NCBI GenBank assembly: GCA_963798085.1
Contig: CAWCRS010000003.1
Coordinates: 896,001-960,000, forward strand
Direction of reading: 5' to 3'
DNA: 64,000 nucleotides
Origin: an uncultured Gemmatimonadales bacterium
Lineage (GTDB): Bacteria; Gemmatimonadota; Gemmatimonadetes; Longimicrobiales; RSA9
Below, in pieces: positions 55,974-64,000 of this stretch (positions are counted from its first letter, which is position 1; each line of letters begins with the position of its first letter). A model generated the notes under the pieces. The model did no database searches and was not told the DNA's origin. It was given only the letters and a program-made list of their open reading frames with translations. A program made the translations under genes and the position numbers.

Positions 55974-57562
55974 TCAGAGCGAATCCACCGCACGAACGAC
56001 ATACCCGAGCACGAAGTTCCCGAATGGCGTCGCGGTCCTGCCTGACGGTTGCCGCCTCCAGCGTCTCGAAATACGGAATGCGGTCGTCACTTCGGATGGT
56101 GACCCAGGGGAAGCCCGCAGTCATGAGGCAGAGGTTCATCAGGAATCGTGCGATCCGACCGTTGCCGTCCGGAAACGGGTGAACCGCCACAAAGTCCAGA
56201 TGAACGAGTGGCGCCCGGACGATTGCTGGCTCACGAAGTTCGTTCGCCAACTCGATATGCTGCTGCATGAGTTGTGGCACCTTTTCCGGCAATGGAGGGA
56301 CGTAGCGCGCACCGCGCAGGTAGGCCGGGTTGCTGCGCCAGCCACGCAATGCGTCGGCATCGATGATGCCGGCCTCCACAGACGGCGAGAAAAGGTCCTG
56401 ATAGAGCGTCTGGATCAGCGGCTCCGAGATGTCGAGGCTTCCGTCTGATTCGTTGATGATCGCGATGCAGCGATCGAACGCTGCCGAATAGCCTTTCACC
56501 GCCATTCGTGCCTTCACATCCTCCGGATCGTGCCCGCCGACCTGCCGGCCAGCGATCACGGCCGAGACTTCTTCGGGCGTGATTCGATATCCCTCGATGG
56601 TCGTGGAGTGGTAGGCGTCATAGGTCTTCGCCGCCTCCGCTTGCCGCACCAGCCGGGATCTGTCGAAACGGGGCTGTTCAATGTGAGAGGCAAGCTCTTC
56701 CCGGATCTGGTCGAAGAAGCCGCGGAAGGTCACCTCGTGTCGCGCCAACCACGGAGAGATGGATCGCGCCTGCGACACCAGCCTTGGAATCACGACCTCC
56801 GAGCCGACACCCGTGCGTGCCCGGCTGATGTGTTCCCCGTGTTCGATGGCAAGCAGGCCGTCGAGCTGTTCCGCGAGACGCCCGTTGCCGGCATTGCCCG
56901 CCATTTCCGCCAGGCGCCGGATGACCAGCGGGCGTGGCATACGGGACCACTCCTGTTGGAGCGCGGGCCTGGAAACGATCAGAGAACGAAGCCAGATCGC
57001 GACCCGTTCCAGATGATCTCGCAGTGTGGTCAGCGGAAGCGCGAGCAGCGTCCGCTCCGGTCGATCCACGGAGAGTTCCGCCCCATCCAGGACGATCGTC
57101 TTCGCCTCCTCCGGGACGACGTCGCCCGGCATCGCCTGCAGCTCGAGCCCGTCACACAACTCGAAGGTATAGTTGCTTCGACTGCTCCCGTGACGGATAC
57201 GAAGGCGGGCCGGCGGCGTCGCATCCTCAATGTACAGCTGCACCGCCGATTCTCGTTCGAGAACTGCGGGCTCGTAGTTCTTGAGAATCGCCTGCACGAT
57301 CCGCCAGTAGTTGCGGAGGCACAGGTCCCGGTCCGGCTCACGCTCGGGCGTCTTGAGGATCCAGGCTTGTCCTCCTGCCGCTTCCACCGCATAGCCACCG
57401 CGGAGCAGGAGGCCGCGCCCCCTTCCCCGCGGTTGTTCGGACCGGGCCATGACGAGGCGGTCGTTCTCGACCTGATCCCTCCACCACGCGATGGCCACGT
57501 CCCTGCTTCTGAGCGTCGGTCCGGTCAGTCCTCGCCTCCGGCAGGTACTTTTGCTCTAACAA
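55974..57562 (-). CDS. Fic-domain protein with long N-terminal extension (frameshifts near both ends)
   Basis: Canonical HPFPDGNGRIAR motif and HSTTIEG inhibitory motif. Confidence 0.85.
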
Positions 57563-57724
57563 TCTTGGTACGATTACTATATCATGTCTGGTACGAAGGC
57601 TCTAATCAAGCAAGTACGATCGCGATACCCTGAAGCTGGGTCAAGTGGCAGGAGGGCGGCGCCCGACCACAAGCCAGTGACGCGAAACGGCCGCCTGCAG
57701 GCGGTCGATTCCTCGCGCGAGAGG

Positions 57725-57893
57725 CTGCTATGGTTTCTGCTATGGTTTGAGTCCGGTTTCTGCACGGATCAGCCACCTTCGATGTCGGCCTGATCCCGGC
57801 AACCCGTTGAAATCACGACCTTTTCTCGGGATCCGCCCTGACTCCCACCGAAATGGGGTTCAGGGGGTCGCCGGTTCAAATCCGCCGTCCCGA
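57725..57893 (+). mobile_element. att-site remnant: tandem arm-type repeats plus the 3' half of tRNA-Pro(GGG)
   Basis: CTGCTATGGTTT x2 (57725-57748); ATGGGGTTCAGGGGGTCGCCGGTTCAAATCCGCCGTCCCGA runs from anticodon loop to acceptor stem, with no 5' half. Confidence 0.7.
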
Positions 57894-58031
57894 TTTTCTG
57901 AAGTTCTTGCGGTACACAGGCAGAGGTTCATCAGGAATCGTGCGATCGATTTCGCCTGTTATGAACTCACCGGCCCGCGGACGGACAGACGTTACGGGGC
58001 GGGTCTCGGGTGCCATGCAGTAGAGACGGAC

Positions 58032-60473
58032 TTACGTCACGAGCGCTTCGTGCGGCTGCACGCGCAGCGCGCGGCGTAGCGGCACGGCGGCCGCCACAAT
58101 GCTGACCGCGCCCAGCGCCAGTACGGCGAGCACGGCAAACAGCGGGCTGGCTGCGCGCGCGCCGTAGAGGAAGGATGCCATGAGCCGGGCGGTCACCCAT
58201 GACGCGGCCAGTCCGGCGACGACGCCGATGGCGACGATGCGCAGTGCGTGACCGTACACGGCCCGGGCCACGTCGCTGTGCCTCGCGCCGAGAGCCACGC
58301 GCACCGCGATCTCTCTCGAGCGTGTCGCCACGGTGAACGCGAGCACGCCATAGAGTCCGAGCGCGCTCAACAGCATCGCGAGAATGCCGGCATAGGAAAC
58401 GGCGCTGCCCGCGAGGCGCACCGAGCGGTAGGCGTCGGCGATGGCCTGCTGGACGGGCTCGACGTCGCTGACGGGGACGGCGGGGTCGACGGCGCGGGCG
58501 GTGGTCTGCAGCAACATCCGCGTCGCGGCCGGGTCGCCGGTCACGCGCACCGCGAACCTCGCCTCAATGGCGGTGGGGTCCTGCCAGAAGGCGGTGTAGA
58601 CGACGGGGGCGCCGGCCTCGTCAGGACGGCGCACGCGGTGGTCGCGGACGACGCCGATCACGGTGGCTTCGGCGCCGTCGACGACGAGCGGCTGGCCAAT
58701 CGGCGAGGCGTCGGGCCACTGGCGACGGGCTAACGCTTCGTTGACCACGACCACGCGCGGCGAGCCGACGATGTCACGGTCGTCAATGGCGCGGCCGGCG
58801 ACCAGCGGGATGCCGAGGGTCTCGAAGAAACGCGGGCCCACCTGTTTCCAGGCGGCTTCGGGCTGCGGGGTGCCGGCGGGCGGCGTGTGACCCGGAAGCC
58901 ACGTCGTCGCATGAAATCCGTAGAACCAGACCTCGCCGGTGCCGGCGAGGGTGACCGATTGCACGCCGGGCACCGACTCGAGGCGGGCCACGATCTCGCG
59001 CAGCACGGGCCTGGCGCGGGCGGTGTCGTAACCGACGAGGCCGGGCCGCACGCGCGTGCCCACGACGTGCGCGGCATTGGCGAGTGCGTCACGCAGGACA
59101 TTGCGCATGCTCTGCACGAGCATGCCGGCGCTCACGAGGCCGAGGCAGGCGAGGGCGATCTGCAGGGCGAGGAGGATATCGCGCGCAGGGGTCCGGGCGC
59201 GGCCGCCGGCACGGGCATCGCCGCGGAGCACGCCACCGGGATCGGCGCGCGCGACCTGGACGGCCGGGCCGACGCCGAAGGCGAGGCCGGCCATGAGCGC
59301 GAGCAGCGCGGCACTCGCCATGACCATGGGGCTGAGGCGCAGCCCATACGGGAAGCGCGCTCCCAGGTACATTGACTCGAGTGCGGCCTGCAGCCAGATC
59401 GCGACAAGCAGACCCGCGCCCGCGCCCAGCAGTGCAAGCGCGACGCCTTCGATCGCCAGCTGGCGCACGATGCGTGACGGGGAGGCGCCGATGGCGCGGC
59501 GGATGGCGATCTCGCGGTAGCGCGCGACGCCGCGCACGAGGAGCATGCCGGCAAGGTTGGCGCAGGCGACGAGGAGGAGGAGCACGCCGGCCGCCAGCAG
59601 CAGGGCTACGACCTTGCGGTGGTCGTCGCGGTGGGTTCCCGCGGCAACGCCTCGCAAGGGCCGGAGCTCCAGGCGGAAGGCGCCGTCGAAGGCGCCGAAG
59701 GTGACGCGTGCGTCGCGCTGGCTGGCGAGGCGCTGGCCGAGCACCGTCATTTCGGCCTGTGCCTCCTCGAGCGTGCGGCCGGGTGCGAGCCCGCCGAGGA
59801 GCGCGAGGATGCGGCAGTCGCTGGCGAAGGCATTGCCACAGAAGCGGTAGCCGATGGCGAGCGTCGAGAGGGGAATCCAGACATCGTTCGGCTCGCCGAT
59901 CTGCGCGCCGCGGAACGCGGGCGGCGCGACCCCCACCACGGTGAAGGCCGCGCCGTTGAGCATGAGCGTCCGGCCGATGACGCCGGGGTCCCCGCTGAAC
60001 CACTCGTGCCACGCACGGAACGAGAGCACCGCGACGGGCGCCGGCGTGCGCGCGCGGTCCTCCTCGTCGTTGAAGAAGCGGCCGGCGGCGGGCCTGATGC
60101 GGAGCAGCCGGAAGTAGCTGGCCGAGACGACGGCGCCGGCGACAATGCGTGCGTCACCGGCCTGCGTCAGTGTGAGCGGCGATGTCGAATAGTGCGCGGC
60201 CACCTGCGTCAGCGTCCGGCTCTGCTGCACCAGGCTCGCGTACTCGTCCCAGGCGAACGCGCTCGGCTCGTAGATGCGGTCGCCGAAGCTCGCGTAAATG
60301 CCGACGACGCCGCGGCTGTCGGCGCCGGGAATCGGGCGCCGGAAGAGCGCATCGGCGAGAGAGAGGATCGCGGTGTCGGCACCGATGGCGAGCGCCAGCG
60401 TCACGACGGCAACGCCAGTGAACACGGGGCTCCTGCGCATGATGCGCAGGCAGTAGACGAGGTCGTGCTTCAT
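58032..60473 (-). CDS. ADOP-family duplicated ABC permease
   Basis: RRSPVFT..LALAIGA, ACANLAGMLL, REIAIRRAIGA, REIAVRVALGA. Confidence 0.9.
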   Translation of the reverse strand: MKHDLVYCLRIMRRSPVFTGVAVVTLALAIGADTAILSLADALFRRPIPGADSRGVVGIYASFGDRIYEPSAFAWDEYASLVQQSRTLTQVAAHYSTSPLTLTQAGDARIVAGAVVSASYFRLLRIRPAAGRFFNDEEDRARTPAPVAVLSFRAWHEWFSGDPGVIGRTLMLNGAAFTVVGVAPPAFRGAQIGEPNDVWIPLSTLAIGYRFCGNAFASDCRILALLGGLAPGRTLEEAQAEMTVLGQRLASQRDARVTFGAFDGAFRLELRPLRGVAAGTHRDDHRKVVALLLAAGVLLLLVACANLAGMLLVRGVARYREIAIRRAIGASPSRIVRQLAIEGVALALLGAGAGLLVAIWLQAALESMYLGARFPYGLRLSPMVMASAALLALMAGLAFGVGPAVQVARADPGGVLRGDARAGGRARTPARDILLALQIALACLGLVSAGMLVQSMRNVLRDALANAAHVVGTRVRPGLVGYDTARARPVLREIVARLESVPGVQSVTLAGTGEVWFYGFHATTWLPGHTPPAGTPQPEAAWKQVGPRFFETLGIPLVAGRAIDDRDIVGSPRVVVVNEALARRQWPDASPIGQPLVVDGAEATVIGVVRDHRVRRPDEAGAPVVYTAFWQDPTAIEARFAVRVTGDPAATRMLLQTTARAVDPAVPVSDVEPVQQAIADAYRSVRLAGSAVSYAGILAMLLSALGLYGVLAFTVATRSREIAVRVALGARHSDVARAVYGHALRIVAIGVVAGLAASWVTARLMASFLYGARAASPLFAVLAVLALGAVSIVAAAVPLRRALRVQPHEALVT

Positions 60474-60689
60474 GCGGGCATCCTCTCCGTGGCGGTCGCC
60501 CGCGTGTGCAGGGCAACCGCCGCGCCAGCGCGCGCCCGGGGCCAACCGCTTGCTGCGGTTGCGATTGGCGGCGCCTGCCGGAACTCCACTGCGGGCGTGT
60601 CGTGCCGATTCCGGGAATCCGCGATCGATAACGGAACGACGCGCGCGGCTGCCATCCGCAAGTTCGACGACATCCCCTGCTGCGCCCGG

Positions 60690-61115
60690 GGCCGCTCGGG
60701 CTGGGCGAGGTCGTGTACAGCACGACCCTGCTGCCGGGCGAACAGGTGCGGCTGGCCACCACCGACCGGCGCAGCCGCTTCAGCTTCGACAGCGAGAGCA
60801 AGCTCAGCTACCGCAGCGAGCAGAACCGCATCAACAAGACGGAGACGATGAAGCTGGAGCTGGTGAGCATCGAGCGGCGGGTGATCGATCCGGTGGCGCT
60901 CATGCCGGTGCCGGCCAACCCGGTGTTAGCGGTGGGCAACATCGCCAGCATCCCGCAGGAGGTGCCGGCCACGGCGGAACGCGAGGCGGCGCTCGCCGAG
61001 GTCGATGCGCAGCTGGTGGAGCGGGGGCTGATCGACAAGGCGGGCGGCAAGGTCAGCACGGCGGCGCAGAAGGAGTTCGGCTACGAGCGTCGCGTCGCGC
61101 TGCCCACGGCGGGCG
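60690..61115 (+). pseudogene. Fragment of an uncharacterised protein, truncated by the TA locus
   Basis: Coding-like codon usage (LGEVVYSTTLLPGEQVRL...LPTAGV); no credible start or stop. Confidence 0.4.
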
Positions 61116-61505
61116 TCACGCGCCCACGTCCACGAGATCCGAATATTTCGCGAGCAGACGATCGACCGTGAGCAGGCGCGCCGGCTCGTGCAGCGCCTGC
61201 GCGATCAGCAGCCGGTCGAACGGATCCCGATGGTGAAGCGGCAGGTTGCGAACCGCGGCCGCGTGCACCGCCATAACAGGGAGTTCGTCGAAGCCACGCT
61301 CCACAGCGGTCCTGGCGATCTCCTCCGGCGCCACCTCAAGCGAGATGCGCCCGATCTGCATCCTGATCTCCAGTTCCCAGATGCTGGCGGCCGAAAACAG
61401 AACCTCGTTCTGCGCTGATTCGAGCCGCTCGCGAAACAGCTCGGGTAGCCGGTCGGGCTCGAACGCTGCCCGGAGCAGCACGTGCGTATCAACGAGCAGG
61501 CGCAT
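61116..61505 (-). CDS. PIN-domain toxin (VapC-like)
   Basis: LLVDTHVLL, SAASIWEL, HRDPFDRLLIAQA. Confidence 0.92.
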   Translation of the reverse strand: MRLLVDTHVLLRAAFEPDRLPELFRERLESAQNEVLFSAASIWELEIRMQIGRISLEVAPEEIARTAVERGFDELPVMAVHAAAVRNLPLHHRDPFDRLLIAQALHEPARLLTVDRLLAKYSDLVDVGA

Positions 61506-61749
61506 CCGTTCGACCTTCGAAATCGGCAATGACCTCGTCGGGCAGTGCCGCGTCGAAATCGTGTGGGACCCGGAATTTTCCCTTGAGCCAGCCGAGCTTG
61601 CGGCGCTTGCGGGCGGGGCGCACGGGCACCAGCCGCGCGACCGGCTTGCCAGCCTTCGCGATCACGATTTCCTCACCACCGCCGGTCCCCTCGACGAGGC
61701 GGGAGAGATGGGTCTTGGCCTGGTGGATGTTGATGGTGCGGACGCTCAC
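61489..61749 (-). CDS. Phd/YefM family antitoxin
   Basis: NIHQAKTHLSRLV, EIVIAKAGKPVARLVP, DFDAALP. Confidence 0.92.
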   Translation of the reverse strand: MSVRTINIHQAKTHLSRLVEGTGGGEEIVIAKAGKPVARLVPVRPARKRRKLGWLKGKFRVPHDFDAALPDEVIADFEGRTDAPAR

Positions 61750-61762
61750 AGCGATTTCTGCA

Positions 61763-61785
61763 TTTGGTTTAGTTTAGTCTAGTCC
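61763..61785. promoter_or_regulatory. Probable TA operator (5-bp tandem repeats)
   Basis: TTTGG-TTTAG-TTTAG-TCTAG-TCC directly upstream of the antitoxin. Confidence 0.5.
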
Positions 61786-61858
61786 ACATCAGGGGTCTGC
61801 AGCGAAGGAGGAGCGAACGCAACGGCGGAGAGGCCAGGACTGGAGAGCCGCGGCTCAT

Positions 61859-62776
61859 TCAGCCCTGCGCGCGACGCGTGAAGCGGCCGTCGCTCAGCAC
61901 GACCCAGGTCTTCCCGCCGTCGGACGATGTCGAGTAGATGTGGCGGATCACGCCGGGCGACACGTTCTGCAGCACGTTCAATGCGAGGACGCGATTGCCC
62001 TTCGCATCGAGCACCCAGCCCTGGAAGCGCATCGCGCCATCCTTGTACTCGCCCTCGAAATCGTTGGACGCGTTGGCGTCGTCGTTCCAGATCATGCGCC
62101 AGACGTGACGGTTCGCGTCATAGAACGACATGCTCATTCCCTTCTGCCCGAGCTTGCTCACCCAGCGCTCGACAATGACGCAGCCGTCATACTCGCGCGT
62201 GTTGTCCAGCTCGCCCGAGGGTGGCGCGTCGGGTGTGTTCCACGGTGCGGCGTCGAAGGTGCCGACCCAGAAATCGAACGTATGCACGGCGCGACAGGGA
62301 TAGCGCACCTCTTCCGCTTTCTTCCTGATGTCGGCGAACTCGGCCATGGCGCGCAGGGGCGCGAACGCGGGCTCGCTCTCGAGCTGCGCGGGCGGCGCGC
62401 CGAGTGTCGCGGCCGTGCGAAGATGCTCCAGCGCGCCGCGGGTGTCGCCCTTGCGCGCGAGGACGCGCGCGATCCGGTACTGGACCAGTGCGGGCTGGAA
62501 CTCGAGCTGCGCGGCGTGCGTGTACGCGGCCACGGCATCGTCGCTCCTGCCGAGCTGCTCCAGGCTGCTGGCGAGGCGGAACCAGGCCATGGCGTTGCTT
62601 GCATCGTCGCGCACAATGGCGCGATACCTGTCAGCCGCGGTTTGCCACTGGTTCTGCTGGAACGCGGAATCGGCGCGGGCGAGCGCGGCCGCGTCTGCCT
62701 GCTGCTGGCCGGAGGCGGCACCGAAGGCGAGGAGGCACAGCAGGGACGACGTGGTGATCGATCGGGTGATGCGCAC
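61859..62776 (-). CDS. Secreted TPR protein with C-terminal beta-barrel (DUF1579-like) domain
   Basis: Signal peptide, TPRs, FDFWVG.F, GCVIVERW, SSDGGKTW; GAGGAG RBS. Confidence 0.7.
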   Translation of the reverse strand: MRITRSITTSSLLCLLAFGAASGQQQADAAALARADSAFQQNQWQTAADRYRAIVRDDASNAMAWFRLASSLEQLGRSDDAVAAYTHAAQLEFQPALVQYRIARVLARKGDTRGALEHLRTAATLGAPPAQLESEPAFAPLRAMAEFADIRKKAEEVRYPCRAVHTFDFWVGTFDAAPWNTPDAPPSGELDNTREYDGCVIVERWVSKLGQKGMSMSFYDANRHVWRMIWNDDANASNDFEGEYKDGAMRFQGWVLDAKGNRVLALNVLQNVSPGVIRHIYSTSSDGGKTWVVLSDGRFTRRAQG

Positions 62777-63360
62777 GGGGTTACTCTCCTCTGACCGTTG
62801 TACAATCGCGTGGAGCTCGTGGGCCCATTCGAGCCGCGGCGAATCAATGGAGCGACTGCGGTGCGGCGTCACGCTCCGAGGTGCGAACGGCATGGATTCA
62901 ATGGCTGATTCATTGATTGGCCGTGCGTTCCTGGTACACTTCGCTAACCGCTGTTTGGACCAGCCTCGATCCCAGTGACAGCCGGAGCAGCTGGCAGGTG
63001 CAGGGATTCCGCTGGGCGTACTAGCACTGTGTTAAGACCGGACGTGCAGAGCCGGCCCGCCCATGCTGGAGCCGGGAACATGGCTGCTGAACGGAGCGCG
63101 ACCCGCGCGTTTGCGGGCGTCGTCTGACCCCACGGGCCGGGGTCGGTCATCCCGGGGGATCCGGCTTGTCTTATCCAGGTTCAAGCGCCCTGGGAAGCTG
63201 CGGGATATGCTGGATCTCATCGCTGGCTTCGAAGCGGGAGAGCGGCCAACCTGAGCGGACAGCCCGTCGAACTGGAGGACGATCGCTCGTCGGATTCGTG
63301 GAGAGGCAATGCGGCGATCGTGTCGCCTGTAATCCGTAGTGAAGCGAAAGGCAACCGAGG

Positions 63361-64000
63361 ATGAGCAAGCTGCGCTTCAGCCTGGCCATGTCACTGGACG
63401 GCTACGTGGCCGGACCTGACCAGAGCCTGGAGAACCCGCTGGGCGAGGGCGGTATGCACCTGCACGACTGGGTGTTCCCGCTGGAGGCGTTCCGCCGCAT
63501 GCACGGCGAGGAAGGCGGCGAGGTGAACGCCAGCTCGGGTGTGCTCGAGGAGACGTTCGCGAACGCGGGCGCGTACATCATGGGGCGCAACATGTTCGGC
63601 CCGATCCGCGGCGGGTGGGATGCGTCGAACCCGTGGAACGGCTGGTGGGGCGAGAACCCGCCGTACCACACGCCCGTGTTCGTGCTGACGCGGCATCCGC
63701 GCGCACCGCTCGTGATGCAGGGCGGGACCACGTTCCACTTCGTGACCGACGGCATCCACGCGGCGCTGGAGCAGGCGAGGGGGGCGGCGCGCGGGCAGGA
63801 TGTGGTGATTGCGGGTGGTGCCAGCACGGTGCAGCAGTACCTCGCCGCGGGGCTGGTGGACGAGGTGAACGTGTCGCTCGTGCCGCTCTTCCTGGGTAGC
63901 GGCGAGCGGCTGTTCGACAAACTGGGCGCGCTGCCGCGGCTGGAGGCGGTGCGCGCGGTCGAGGCGCCGGGCGTCACGCACCTGCGCTATCGCGTGCTGC
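63361..64000 (+). CDS. Dihydrofolate reductase/RibD C-terminal family protein (runs off the window end)
   Basis: MSLDGYVAGP, IMGRNMF, PVFVLT, GGAS, LGSGERLF, VTHLRY. Confidence 0.9.
   Translation, partial: MSKLRFSLAMSLDGYVAGPDQSLENPLGEGGMHLHDWVFPLEAFRRMHGEEGGEVNASSGVLEETFANAGAYIMGRNMFGPIRGGWDASNPWNGWWGENPPYHTPVFVLTRHPRAPLVMQGGTTFHFVTDGIHAALEQARGAARGQDVVIAGGASTVQQYLAAGLVDEVNVSLVPLFLGSGERLFDKLGALPRLEAVRAVEAPGVTHLRYRVL

Noticed and set aside
62943..63037. Second attC-like site (GCTAAC...GTTAAG)
   Set aside because: Arms pair poorly

Overview
High-GC bacterial chromosome window covering the replication origin. Gene content and order suggest Gemmatimonadota (inference). 1-13 kb: bactofilin, degenerate M23, parB, parA, two parS sites, acylphosphatase, yidC-yidD-rnpA-rpmH, then dnaA-oriC-dnaN and pyrE. 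13-27 kb: a betaine/ergothioneine-type ABC importer divergent from an actinobacterial-type egtB-egtD-egtA cluster, then uppP, a short rho and gcvP. 27-33 kb: two convergent TIR proteins (a membrane-anchored TIR and a TIR-NB-ARC-TPR) and a gamma-glutamylcyclotransferase. After tRNA-Asn (33107-33178) is a defence island with an RHH-PIN TA pair and a type I R-M locus with an Mrr-like gene. Its HsdR carries an in-frame S24/LexA-type autopeptidase insertion. A lower-GC ZorA/ZorB-like motor pair follows, coupled to a large SF1 helicase-Vsr-like nuclease instead of ZorC/D/E. These last two are the best candidates for undescribed biology. 51-64 kb: PadR/ADOP permeases, a mosaic of gene fragments, a Fic protein, a tRNA-Pro att remnant, a Phd-PIN TA pair and a DHFR-family gene. 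Many genes carry single-base frameshifts. These may be long-read errors, so intactness cannot be judged here. All family calls come from motif recognition, not database searches.
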